Assembly (NCBI GenBank): GCA_963840855.1
Contig: CAWJBB010000049.1
Span: 1-64,000 of the forward strand
Reading direction: 5' to 3'
Length of the DNA stretch: 64,000 bases
DNA from: an uncultured delta proteobacterium
Lineage (GTDB): Bacteria > Desulfobacterota > Binatia > UBA9968
Shown here: positions 1-10,581 of the stretch, one piece after another
Numbering within the stretch: position 1 is the stretch's first letter
How the letters are laid out: each line of letters opens with the position of its first letter
Made by a program: the position numbers and the translations under genes
Notes under the pieces: generated by a model
Seen by the model: the letters and a program-made list of their open reading frames with translations, nothing else
Databases searched by the model: none
What the model was told of the DNA's origin: nothing

Positions 1-1752
1 CTCAAGCCCGGCCGGTACGCCCCCTTCTCACCAACCAGAACTCCAGCTTCCACAAGAGACCGCACGCTTTCTTCAGCGAAAAACGGGTTTCCCTCCGTGC
101 GTCGGATCAATAATTCCTTGAGCGGAGCGAGATCCGCGTTACGTCCCAACAGGTGCTGCAAGAGTTCCTCCGCGCTGGTCGGATGCAGCGGATCCACGCG
201 AAGTTGCGTGTAATAGGTTTTATCGCCCCAGGAATGACTGTACTCGGGCCGGTAATCGACCAGCAGAAGAATACGCGTCATCGGGAGACTTTCTATCAAA
301 CTATTGAGAAATGCCTGCGTTTCGTTATCGACCCAATGGAGGTCTTCAAAAACTATCAACAACGGTTGTTTTTGGCTTTCACGGACCATCAACCGCTTCA
401 GTGATTCGAACGTGTGACGGCGCCGTTGCTGAGGATCCATATCATTGAATTTCTTTATCGCGTCGCCAACATCTTGCCGTCGACCATTCGACTCGTGGCT
501 CGCTATACGGTCTTCTTTATAATCCGGCAGAGAGCTCAGCAGCGCGAGGATCGGCGGAATCGCATCCTTGAGCATTTCATCCGATTCTAATGTTCGATTC
601 AATATCTTGGATAGGATGCTTTCGGTCCCATCCCCTTCGGAGATTTCGAAATAGCGGCGGAGTAGTTCGATCAGCTGGGAAATAGGGAGTTGCCTTGCCA
701 TAAGAAACCGATGCACCCTCGAGCACGAGCCAACCCGGCCGCAGTTGATGACGAGTAAATTCGTGAACCAGGCGCGATTTGCCCATGCCCGGCTCACCGA
801 CCATCGCCAAGATTTGGCCTTTCCCGCCCGCTACTTGTTCAACGAGTCTGTTAAAGACTTCGATTTCGCTCCGGCGCCCAACCAATGGCGTCAACCCGCG
901 AGCAGCCCCAGCCTGGACCCGAGTGCGCGCCGACGTGGCACCGATGAGCTCGTATGCTTCGACGAGATGCGAAACCCCCTTCGCTTGCACCGCGCCCAGC
1001 GACTTCACTTGAATAAACCCTTCGACCTGCCGCAAAGTAGGGGCCGTCATTAATATCGACCCGCGACCTGCAAGCTCCTGCATTCTGGCGGCCAGATGCG
1101 TCGTTTGGCCCAAGGCCGAGTATTCGATATTCAGATCATTATCTATGGACCGAACCACCACCTCGCCGGTGTTCATGCCGATTCCGATTTGCAATCCCGA
1201 TTCCTCGGACTGGCCGAGCTTTCGCCGGTGACGCCGCATTTCCTCCTGCATCGCCAGAGCTGCGTAGCAGGCGCGCAGCGCGTGGTCTTCATGCGCCAGC
1301 GGCGCACCGAAAAGCGCCATGACGCCGTCACCCAGCACTTGATTGACGGTTCCTTCATAACGATGAACCGCGTCCATCATGACATGAAGCACCGGATCGA
1401 TGATCTTCTGGGCCTCCTCGGGATCGAGGCCTTCCACAAGGCTGGTGGAACCTCGAATGTCTGCGAACAGAACCGTCACCTGCTTGCGTTCTCCTTCAAG
1501 GGTATGCCGCGAGGCTAGGATCTTTTCCGCCAGATGCTTGGGAACGTACGTGTCTGGCGACGGTGCGCTCGGGACAGTGGTAGATATCGACGGTGCGGCC
1601 TGATCAATCGACTGGCCGCAATTTCGGCAAAACCTGGCCGTCCGCCGATTAGCTTCACCGCAGTTTGGACAAGCCGTTTCGAGCCGCGCGCCGCATGCGT
1701 CGCAGAACGCCGCGTTGGCGGGAATATCGGACTGGCATTGCGGGCAGGTCAT
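1..1752 (-). CDS. Double zinc ribbon + class III adenylate/guanylate cyclase + AAA/STAND ATPase; runs off the window start; frameshift near 675
   Basis: N-terminal CxxC pairs (CPQC, CDAC, CPNC, CRNC), VLFADIRGST, LGDGVMALFG, Walker A GEPGMGKS. After a +1 shift near 675 the frame continues LIELLRRYF...FEDLHWVD...TEGNPFFAEE. Confidence 0.9.
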
Positions 1753-2041
1753 TGTTCGTTGAAGTGACCGCGTTGGTCCCCGGTGTGTTGTTCGAGAGAT
1801 GGTCGTGATACCGGCGCGTAACCAACGCTTATCTCCCTGTGAGTCCCGTCTATAGTATCGGGATAGTAGAAAAGCAAGGACGATTTTTCACGATCGCGGG
1901 GATCGTATTTCCCGGCGACTCATGAACATACGCTATTTTAAATACGACTTGGACTGGAAATGGGATATCGCGCGCGCTGCTTGTCGTCCCTAGTGATTTG
2001 GTCAAGCTAACATGGACATCGGACGTTTGATCATTAAAATG

Positions 2042-3457
2042 TCACGTCGTGATGCCGTACCGTTTCAGTTTTTTAATCAGCCCTTGCCGGCTCAAGCCCA
2101 GCTGTTTCGCCGCTCTTAGTTTGGTACCGCCACAATCCCGCAATGCCTGTTCGATGAGCTGCCGTTCGAATCGCTCGATGGCGGCGGGTAACGATCGGGC
2201 GGTCAAGGTTTGGTCGGCGACTTCCGCATTCGCTTGCGAGTCATGGACAGCCACTTGCTCTGCCTCGGTCGCTGCTGCCTTCGCAGACGCGATCTTTGCC
2301 GGCAAGTCCTGAAGGGTCAACTCCGGCCCCTGTCCCAAAACAACTGCGTTCTCGATAACGTTGGCCAGCTCCCGCACGTTCCCAGGCCACGCATGGGCAA
2401 CGAGCCGTTCCAGAGCCTCGTTTCTGATCGCGGTAAAACCTTTTTTGGTTTCGACGCTGAATTTGCGGAGAAAATAGTTCGCCAGGTCGGGAATGTCGTC
2501 TTTCCGCTCTCTCAATGGGGGAAGCTCAAGGCGTATAACATTCAGGCGGTAAAAAAGATCTTCTCTGAATTGACCATTCTTCACCGCCGCATCCAGGTCC
2601 CGGTTCGTTGCCGCGATAATGCGCACGTCGACGCTGATCGGTCGGGTACCTCCAACCCTCTCAAATTCTCTCTCTTGAAGAAATCTCAAAAGTTTAGTTT
2701 GCACTTCCGTCGAAATATCGCCGAATTCATCGAGAAAAACCGTCCCCCCATGGGCTAATTCCAGCTTCCCCAATTTTAATTGCAACGCGCCGGTAAATGC
2801 TCCTTTTTCGTGGCCGAAAAGCTCGCTCTCTAAGAGCTCCTTCGAAAGCCCCACACAGTTGATTGGGACAAACGGCTTCTCTTTCCGTTCGCTCCAATTG
2901 TGGATCGCCCGGGCGAATACTTCTTTGCCTGTGCCGCTCTCCCCCAGAAGCAAAATCGTCGACTTGCTGGTCGCAGCTTTCCTGGCCAGGTCCACCGCAC
3001 GGCGCATCTGCGCGCTTTCACCAACAACTATGCGATGGCGCGCATCCACCTGTTCTGCGAGCACTTCAACGTTTCTCTTCAGCGTCTGCCGATCGAGTGC
3101 CTTTGCGACAACCAGAGCGACGTGATCCGGATCGAATGGTTTGGGTATAAAATCATAGGCTCCTTTCTTCATTGCCTGGACCGCGCGTTCGATGGTTCCG
3201 AAGGCGGTAATCATAACGACCGGGATGTCCTGCCCTCGCCTGCGAATTTCCGTAAGGACTTCCAGCCCGTTCATGCCCGGCATCGCCACATCGAGAAGCA
3301 CGAGCTGGGGATTCTGCCGATCGAGGGTTTCCAGGCATTCTCTACCGCCTTCCGCGAGCAAGACCTGATAACCCACGGATTCGAGGCGATCCCTCAGGAC
3401 CTCGCGGGTGTCGGCGTCGTCGTCTACGACAAGGATAGTACCGGCTACAGCTTCCAC
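2042..3457 (-). CDS. Sigma-54-dependent response regulator (NtrC/AtoC family)
   Basis: REC domain, [23 protein letters not shown]-terminal Fis HTH. GTG start at 3457 follows an AGGAG RBS. Confidence 0.93.
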   Translation of the reverse strand: MEAVAGTILVVDDDADTREVLRDRLESVGYQVLLAEGGRECLETLDRQNPQLVLLDVAMPGMNGLEVLTEIRRRGQDIPVVMITAFGTIERAVQAMKKGAYDFIPKPFDPDHVALVVAKALDRQTLKRNVEVLAEQVDARHRIVVGESAQMRRAVDLARKAATSKSTILLLGESGTGKEVFARAIHNWSERKEKPFVPINCVGLSKELLESELFGHEKGAFTGALQLKLGKLELAHGGTVFLDEFGDISTEVQTKLLRFLQEREFERVGGTRPISVDVRIIAATNRDLDAAVKNGQFREDLFYRLNVIRLELPPLRERKDDIPDLANYFLRKFSVETKKGFTAIRNEALERLVAHAWPGNVRELANVIENAVVLGQGPELTLQDLPAKIASAKAAATEAEQVAVHDSQANAEVADQTLTARSLPAAIERFERQLIEQALRDCGGTKLRAAKQLGLSRQGLIKKLKRYGITT

Positions 3458-3465
3458 GACGACTC

Positions 3466-3834
3466 CTACAAGGATACGCTGAGAACCTTTTGAATCTTGC
3501 TCTTTAACTCTTCCCACTCGAACGGTTTGAGAATGAATTCGTTGGCGCCCTTGGCCAGCGAGCCAATCGCCGCCTCCCGGGAAGTTGACGACGTGATTAT
3601 AATAATAGGCAGCCTGCTGCCGCGCCTGCGAACTTCCTCCAAAACCTCGATGCCTGTCATTTCAGGCATCTTGACATCGAGCAGAACCCCGTCGAATTTT
3701 TCGCTCGTGATTTTTCGCAACGCTTCCCCGCCTGTGGTAACGGCAACTACGTTGAAGCCCCAGGAGTTCAAGCGGTCCTCGATGACCTCACGAACGTCGT
3801 CTTCGTCATCGGCGATAAGAATTTTTAGTGCCAT
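3466..3834 (-). CDS. Single-domain response regulator (CheY-like)
   Basis: ILIADDE, LLDVKMP, ILKPF motifs; 122 aa. Confidence 0.92.
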   Translation of the reverse strand: MALKILIADDEDDVREVIEDRLNSWGFNVVAVTTGGEALRKITSEKFDGVLLDVKMPEMTGIEVLEEVRRRGSRLPIIIITSSTSREAAIGSLAKGANEFILKPFEWEELKSKIQKVLSVSL

Positions 3835-3852
3835 TTGCCTCCCTGTATCCGG

Positions 3853-5471
3853 TTAACTCAAGGGTTGCCGCGCGGGGAGCGTGAATGAAAAAACACTCCC
3901 GCCATCCGCGCCGTTTTCACACCAAATATTTCCACCATGTAATTCTACCAAGGCTTTGGAAATGGCCAAGCCGAGTCCCGTCCCTTTGACGTTCAGCTTG
4001 TTCGTCTGCTGCGCTTGGTAAAATTTGTCGAAGATCTTGACTGCCTCTTGGGTGGAACGCCCGGACCATTGTCCACGACGGCGAGCTTGACCCATTCAGC
4101 ATCATGCCTTTCGACGGCGATGGCCACTCGGCCGTGGGGCGGCGTAAATTTCACGGCGTTGCCGATCAAGTTCGTCAAGATTTGTAAGACCTTATCCCGG
4201 TCGGCCCAGACATCGACATGTTCATCGGCGCCGAGCACTTCGATGCTGATCAGTTTATCCGCGGCGAGAGTCCGAAGAGCATCCGCGACTTCCTTCACTA
4301 AAGCCATCACGGCAACGTTGGCGGGCCTTAAATCGATCTTTCCGGCTTCTATTCTGGACAGATCCAAGAGATCGCCGATGAGCCGCCCGAGGCGATCGGC
4401 ATTGGAGTTGATGCGGCTGAGATACCGGGTTTGTTTCTCCGTCAACGGCCCCAAAATCCCGTCCAGCATGTTATCCACGGAACCTTTGATCGCCGTCAGC
4501 GGCGTTCTCAATTCATGAGACACGTTGGACACGAAGTCCGATTTCATCCTGTCGAGATCCTTCAATCTTCTTTCGTAGCGGTTTTTCTCGGTTATATCCT
4601 TCATTAGATGGAGAAAGCCGATCACTTTGCTCTCATTGTCCCTGATCGGAGAAACCGCCAAAGCGACGTCTATAATGGTCCCGTCCTTTCTCCGCCTGCG
4701 CGTCTCCAGGTTGCGCATCGGCCCGGCCACTTCCAACTTCAAGCGAATTTCCTCCAGTTCGTGAGAACGATTGGGAGGCATGACGATGTTTAGATTATTC
4801 CCGATGGCTTCAGCCTTGCTGTAACCAAAAATGATTTCGGCGGCTCGATTCCAGGTAAGTACCCGATCGTTGATATCTGTTGAGACCACGGCATCGCCGG
4901 CGTTCTCGACCAGGTTTTCAATATAAGCCTTACCCTTTGCGACTTCATGATAGAGTTCGGCGTTCTCCAGAGCCGCGCCGAGTTGGGATCCGAACGCGGT
5001 CAACAGGCGTATTTCTCTTTTGGTAAACCGATAAGACTTGCGGCTCCCCACGACGATAATGCCGAGCACGCGGTTCTTTGACAGAATCGGCGCCGCCGCC
5101 GTCGAAACCACTCCTTCTCTTTCCATGGTGCGATTCTTGTAGATGGGGTCTCGCCGGATATCTGTACAGACGTAGGGTTCTTTTGATTCAAATACGACTC
5201 TCGATACATTGCGGCGAGTACCGCTCAGAGGAGTAACGCCGTCGAGAAACTCCGGCGAGCGAAGACCGCGCGCCGCTCGTACGGTCATGCCCCCCTTGTC
5301 ACGATCCACGGTGCGAATGAAGCCCACATCGAAGCCGAGGAAATTGAGGGACTCATCCAACGTGTCGTTGAGAATCTTTTCGGTATCGAGCGATTGAGTT
5401 GCCGTTTCCGCCAGCCGCAGCAGCGCCGACAGATCCAAACCCCGAAAGCGCGGTTTCTGTTTGCCATCCAA
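3853..5471 (-). CDS. GAF-PAS sensor histidine kinase; frameshift near 4050; start uncertain
   Basis: GAF, PAS, H-box SHELRTPL and NLIGNAVKF in ORF 3993-5579. GTGLGLAISK C-terminus lies in ORF 3853-4095. Confidence 0.9.
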
Positions 5472-5496
5472 GAAATGTTTGACCCTAGGCTTGGGC

Positions 5497-6135
5497 TCAG
5501 GCACTTTTTCGAACTTTCCTCTTGGCGCTGCGCGCGCTCGCGGCGGCGTCGGCGAACGGTCCCCCCGCGGCGAATTCATTCCGCACGTACTGAACCAGCT
5601 CGGAATTGGCGCTTTGCGCCCATTGCATCATCTTGTCGTCCAGCTTTGTCCCAGGGTCAACGCTGAGTCCCGTGTTAAGGGTCCCAACATAGCGGTTATT
5701 CACTTTGACCGCGACAGAGAGTCGGCTAATTTCATTGTTCTCCGTGATCCCGTAATGCCCGTCTTTTTGGTATAAACGCAACGGCGGAAGCGGAGTGGTG
5801 GCCTTCATTGGCTTCCGCCAATATTGCTTCAGCAATTCCGTTGGCTTCTTCAAAGCGTTCTCATAAGTAGACCCATGCACCGGGTCCATGAATCGGAACA
5901 GGCCGGGGTCGGGTCGATTTGCGGCTACCCTGATTTCCCTGAGCGCCGCATTCTCCACCCATCCCAGGAAAAAAGCTGTTGGCTCAGTGGTATCGCTTTG
6001 GTTGAGGCGGCAGGTTAACCACTTTGGCTCGTACCCTATGGTCAATTCCAAATCGTGCAAGACATGTTGCAGGATAGTCCTTCCTGCCATGAAATGTTCA
6101 AACGAGACGTCGACGGGAACTCGAGTTGCGCCCAT
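5497..6135 (-). CDS. Hypothetical protein, possibly GAF-like
   Basis: About 212 aa with GGAGG RBS before ATG 6135. SRLSVAVKVNNRYVGTLN resembles a GAF C-terminal beta-hairpin. Confidence 0.6.
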   Translation of the reverse strand: MGATRVPVDVSFEHFMAGRTILQHVLHDLELTIGYEPKWLTCRLNQSDTTEPTAFFLGWVENAALREIRVAANRPDPGLFRFMDPVHGSTYENALKKPTELLKQYWRKPMKATTPLPPLRLYQKDGHYGITENNEISRLSVAVKVNNRYVGTLNTGLSVDPGTKLDDKMMQWAQSANSELVQYVRNEFAAGGPFADAAASARSAKRKVRKSA

Positions 6136-6342
6136 GAGACATACCTCCATGTGTAGGGTGATATTCGCCCGGCTAGCCGCTTATTTCACACTTCGTTTTT
6201 CACTGTCAAGACACGCGCGCCCCCGCGCCATCATTGACAGCGGAAATAGATTTCAAATAATCTTGGTCATAAATGGGTTGTAGGGTTTATTGGCCTAAAC
6301 GATGTTGGCGCCGGTGCGCTGCAAGGCACAAAGGATTCAACC

Positions 6343-7204
6343 ATGAGCGAATCAGCATATCGAAACTTCCGCCCGGACGAACTGGAGTATCAGTACAACC
6401 CGCGGGTTTCCGTGCCGGAGTTTCCGCAGCTTGCCGAGGTGAGATCGGCCAAGTCGCGCAAAGTGCGCGATTCTGCACAGTCTTGGCTTAATATCGCCTA
6501 CGGCACCTCGCCGCGGGAGACGCTGGATATTTACGCTGGCGAAAAAGCCGGCGGGCCAGCGCTGGTTTACATCCACGGCGGCTACTGGCGCAGCGGCAGC
6601 AAAGAAGACAACGCCAACTTCGTTCCCGCTTTTACCCAGCGCGGCGCTACCGTGGCGTTGGTGGAATACGATCTCTGCCCGCAGGTCACGGTTACCGATA
6701 TCGTGCGCCAGACCCGCGCCTCCATTGCATGGGTATTCCGCAATATCGTCCGCTACGGCGCAAACCCGTCGAAACTTTACATTTCCGGCCACTCGGCGGG
6801 CGGCCACCTAACTGCGATGGCGTTGGCGCAAGACTGGCAAACGCAAGGGCTGCCGACGGACTTCATCAAAGGCGCGGTTGCGATGTCGGGCGTGCATGAC
6901 CTCGACATGGTTATGCACATCAGCGCCAATGAGCAAATCCGGATGACACCGGAAATCGCCGAGACAAAATAACCCCTTCCTTTACCCGCCGCGCGTTAAC
7001 TGCCCGGTGTTAATCGCGGTGGGCAGCGTGGAGCCAGAAGGCTGGAAACAGATGTCGAAGGACTATTTTGAATTCTGCAAACAGAGCGGCCTTAAAGCCG
7101 AGTATCTCGAAGTGCCGGGCGCAAACCACTATACGATGTCGGAGCATCTCGGCGATCCGCATAGCCCGCTGGCACAGGCGATCTTTAAGCTTATCGGGAT
7201 TTAA
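6343..7204 (+). CDS. Alpha/beta hydrolase (arylformamidase-like); frameshift near 6961
   Basis: HGGYW oxyanion motif and GHSAG nucleophile. Frame continues NPFLYP...GANHY in ORF 7007-7204. Confidence 0.85.
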
Positions 7205-7207
7205 CAT

Positions 7208-8086
7208 TTACACCACCGATGCCTCGTAACCCGCGTTTCCCTTTTGCTCGGGCGGAAAAAGCTTCCAGGATTCGATCCATAGCCGCGTTCGCTCGAAGAC
7301 TTCTCGCGGGTAGGGTTCGAATACTAAGCGCTCGCCGGGACCAAAGCTACGAACATCCACCAACCGGTGATACCGCTCCGGCAGCTCTCTCAGAAAGTAG
7401 TGCTTGAAGGGCTCTGGCGTAATGTCGATATCTCGCTGCGCACGGCGCAAAGCTTGGAAGTAACCTTCCACGTCCTGCAATTGGGCGTCGCCGGTCACTA
7501 AGTGACCGATCATGAAGGTCGTGTCGATAATCTTGCGGAACCCTAGCTGCTCGGCCACATAAAACGGCGCGCCGAAAAGGCTCGCCGCCGGTACCTGTCG
7601 ATCGACGAGCAAGGCCAAGCGGTCTAACAGAAGACCGGCAAAGTGCAGCTTTATTTCAGCGCGCCCGAGAAATCTTTCCATTCCCTGCAGGGTGGAAAAA
7701 TGACTTCCCGAGTGATAGCCAACCGTCACTGGCACGTTAGCCAACTCCGCGGGCTGGTGAATCGAGGATTCCGGCGGGACGAAAATGCCGGAAGGGCTGA
7801 TGGAATAAGCATGGCTCCACATCTTGCCATGACCAGCCGAAGCCGCCATGTTAACCGTCCAGTGGCAGGCCGCGCTAAGATTGCAACCGCGACCGTCCTC
7901 AATCGACTCGAAGGCGCCGCGTTGAATATCCGCGGGCGCCGATTCTACGGTTTGCACGTGGGCCGACCAGGTTACGATCGGTTTGACCAGAAACTCGTAA
8001 TCGAGTCCCGCGTCTTTGAAATAGCCATTTTCCTCCGCGACCCACTCTTGGAGACGTCCGTGCGATTGGATTAGGAATCTACCCAT
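7208..8086 (-). CDS. ABC-type (NitT/TauT/SsuA-like) substrate-binding protein, orphan
   Basis: AEENGYFKDAGLDYEF motif and periplasmic binding fold pattern. Confidence 0.7.
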   Translation of the reverse strand: MGRFLIQSHGRLQEWVAEENGYFKDAGLDYEFLVKPIVTWSAHVQTVESAPADIQRGAFESIEDGRGCNLSAACHWTVNMAASAGHGKMWSHAYSISPSGIFVPPESSIHQPAELANVPVTVGYHSGSHFSTLQGMERFLGRAEIKLHFAGLLLDRLALLVDRQVPAASLFGAPFYVAEQLGFRKIIDTTFMIGHLVTGDAQLQDVEGYFQALRRAQRDIDITPEPFKHYFLRELPERYHRLVDVRSFGPGERLVFEPYPREVFERTRLWIESWKLFPPEQKGNAGYEASVV

Positions 8087-8246
8087 GTTCGCGCTCCCTT
8101 CTTCGGGAATCCACCGATTCTCGATAGCATTTACTCTCAAACGCCGGACCGGCGCAACATCTAAGCTGTTCAACCAGCCTCCGTCGAAACCGGTGGACAC
8201 TGGTCGCGCAACTAGGCTAAGAGTCTATGGGAAAGATAAAAAGACG

Positions 8247-9137
8247 ATGCCCTACTGCTATCCGCCCGACCCGAACACCCGAAAGCCCTCTTTCACGCCG
8301 CCGCCCGATTCCTGCGATTGCCACTTTCACGTCTTCGGACCCCCGGAGCAATTCCCCTTTCTCTCCACCCACGAGTACACGCCGCCGGCGGCGCCGTTGG
8401 AGCATTATTTGAAAATGATCGCCGTGATCGGCATCGAGCGCGCCGTCGTCGTGCAACCTAGCGTTCACGGGCTTGATAATTCCGCTACCCTGCACGCGAT
8501 CAAAAATTCCGGCGGCAAGTTTCGTGGTGTCGGGCGCATCGACGACAAGACACCGAGAAGCGAATTGTTGAAACTGCACGACGGCGGCGTTCGCGGCGTG
8601 CGTTTCAATCTGCTCGACCGGCCGCGCGGCAACGTCGAGCTCGCCGTGCTCGACCGGTGCGTGGAAAACATCGTCGAATTCGGCTGGTCCGTGGACCTGC
8701 ATATCGACATGAAGAGCCTTATCGAGCAAGAAAAACGCATACGCGCCATGCCGGTGCCCGTCGTCATCGACCATATCGCGCGGGTGAAACCGGCGGATGG
8801 GTTGAATCAAGCGGGCTTTCAGCTGTTGCTGGACCTCATGAAGCTCAAGCATGTCTGGGTCAAAGTCAGCGGCGCGGACAAGATCTGCAACACAAGGGTC
8901 CATTCTTACTTTGGCCTTCCTTTCGTCGAAGTCATGCCGTACGCGCAGGCCGTTATCGCCGCCGCGCCGGACCGCGTCATCTGGGGCACCGATTGGCCGC
9001 ACTCGAACAACTTTGCGCCGGGGCATACTCCCGACGACGGCGACCTGGTCGATCTCCTGGCCGAGTTCGCGCCTGATCAAGCGACGCGTAAAAAGATTCT
9101 CGTCGACAACCCAGTGGCGCTTTACGGATTCAATTAG
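8247..9137 (+). CDS. Amidohydrolase_2 family, 2-pyrone-4,6-dicarboxylate lactonase (LigI)-like
   Basis: DCHFHVFGP, VVVQPSVHG, IDHIAR, WVKVSG, WGTDWPH. Confidence 0.85.
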   Translation: MPYCYPPDPNTRKPSFTPPPDSCDCHFHVFGPPEQFPFLSTHEYTPPAAPLEHYLKMIAVIGIERAVVVQPSVHGLDNSATLHAIKNSGGKFRGVGRIDDKTPRSELLKLHDGGVRGVRFNLLDRPRGNVELAVLDRCVENIVEFGWSVDLHIDMKSLIEQEKRIRAMPVPVVIDHIARVKPADGLNQAGFQLLLDLMKLKHVWVKVSGADKICNTRVHSYFGLPFVEVMPYAQAVIAAAPDRVIWGTDWPHSNNFAPGHTPDDGDLVDLLAEFAPDQATRKKILVDNPVALYGFN

Positions 9138-9270
9138 ATGAAAAAATTAACGAAAAAAGGTGTGGCGCCTGTGTTACTCATGACTGGACAACCAAAGCGT
9201 CCTATGTTAGCCGTTTCAACTCGATTGCGGCCCGCATGGTCTCAGGCCGAGATCTCAAAGGATACATTCG

Positions 9271-9984
9271 ATGGAACACGATAACGTTAGTCGCGCCAAG
9301 CGAATCTCCTTCATCGTTGGTGCTGCGGTGATTTGCATCGTCGCTACCGGAGTGGCCTCAGCAGGAACTCTCAAAGGGAACGTCCGATACGCAGGTGCGC
9401 CGGTGGAAAAGAAGAGGTTGTCCGTGACGATTGATCAATATCTTTGCGGCAAAGAGAAGGAGGCCGGAGACTTGGTGCTTTCTCCAACCAACGGAATCGC
9501 GAATGCCGTAGTGTCGCTCCACGGCCTCCCACCTGGCTCGAAGGTGTCCGGCAATCCTACGCACGTAAAAATGGATCAGAGGCAGTGTGTATTCGTGCCT
9601 CGTGTGGTCATCGTGCCGGTCGGCGGAACCGTGGAATTCCTCAACAGCGATCGACTTTTGCACAACGTCAAGAGCGGCGGCAAGGAGAACCCCCCTTTCA
9701 ATCGCGCTCAACCACACGGGCGGAGCATTTCGATCGCTTTCAAAAACCCTGAGCTTCTTCGCGTTGACTGCGATCTCCACTCTTGGATGCGTGGTTGGGT
9801 AGTCGTGGCCGAGCACCCTTACTACGCTGTGACGGGCGACGACGGCGAGTTCGTCTTCGAGAACGTAGCGCCGGGCAAGTACACGCTTCAGGTCTGGCAA
9901 GAAACCTTAGGAATCGTGAACCAGGAAGTCACTGTAGCGGGTGAAAGCACCCACACAGTCACCGTACGCATGCAGAAGAAATGA
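9271..9984 (+). CDS. Secreted cupredoxin-like / carboxypeptidase-regulatory-like domain protein
   Basis: Signal peptide; CVFVPRV, NSDRLLHNV, CDLHSWM (His...Cys-x2-His-x2-Met); C-terminal PGKYTLQVW beta-sandwich. Confidence 0.75.
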   Translation: MEHDNVSRAKRISFIVGAAVICIVATGVASAGTLKGNVRYAGAPVEKKRLSVTIDQYLCGKEKEAGDLVLSPTNGIANAVVSLHGLPPGSKVSGNPTHVKMDQRQCVFVPRVVIVPVGGTVEFLNSDRLLHNVKSGGKENPPFNRAQPHGRSISIAFKNPELLRVDCDLHSWMRGWVVVAEHPYYAVTGDDGEFVFENVAPGKYTLQVWQETLGIVNQEVTVAGESTHTVTVRMQKK

Positions 9985-10071
9985 CGCTCGGCTCCTCGCC
10001 GGCGGCTAGCCGTGAGCCTTACCCCTGAGGTCTTTTTGAGCGGCCTGCAATCAGAATTGTTCAGCACAAGC

Positions 10072-10527
10072 CTAGGGGATCACCGCAATCTTTTTTGACG
10101 CTTCCCAGGCGGCAGTATGTGTCGGTTCCTCTAAAGCACGAAGCGATCCTCCCTGATCGAGTGCGATCGTGAAGGTGACTTTGGGGAACGAATAGATCGG
10201 GTGGAGATAAACTCGGGCGATCTCGGCGCTATCGATGTATAGAGCGATGTACCGAACAAAATGCTCGCTCAACGACGGGTGTTCGCTTTCGGCCCCCACC
10301 GTGATCGTAACATCGAACCATTCGCCTCGCTTGACCCGGTCGGGGGCGGTGATTTTTGGCGTATGTTTGCCATCGAAAGATTTGCGCAATTCCTTGAACT
10401 CGGGCGTGAATTGTTCGGCCTGCGCCCCCCACAGCGACGGCGTCAGCCCCCCGCCGACGAGCTGACCTAGAAAAAATCCCAACACCACTGCGGCCCTAGC
10501 GAGCTGCGACTTATCACTTCCAAGCAT
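10072..10527 (-). CDS. Secreted desulfoferrodoxin/superoxide reductase-like (SORL) protein lacking Cys
   Basis: KHTPKITAP, VTITVG..HP...EHFVRYIALY, PKVTFTI, THxxxWE; hydrophobic N-terminus. Confidence 0.7.
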   Translation of the reverse strand: MLGSDKSQLARAAVVLGFFLGQLVGGGLTPSLWGAQAEQFTPEFKELRKSFDGKHTPKITAPDRVKRGEWFDVTITVGAESEHPSLSEHFVRYIALYIDSAEIARVYLHPIYSFPKVTFTIALDQGGSLRALEEPTHTAAWEASKKIAVIP

Positions 10528-10581
10528 TGGCCTTTCCTCCTGTGAACTTTTGTACCGTGTCCACGGCTAGAACTGCTCCAG

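Noticed and set aside
6305-6325. Sigma-54 promoter upstream of the alpha/beta hydrolase
   Set aside because: GG-to-GC spacing is not 10 nt.
10030-10050. IS terminal inverted repeat-like tttttgagcggcctgc
   Set aside because: Single short degenerate match with no partner end and no transposase.
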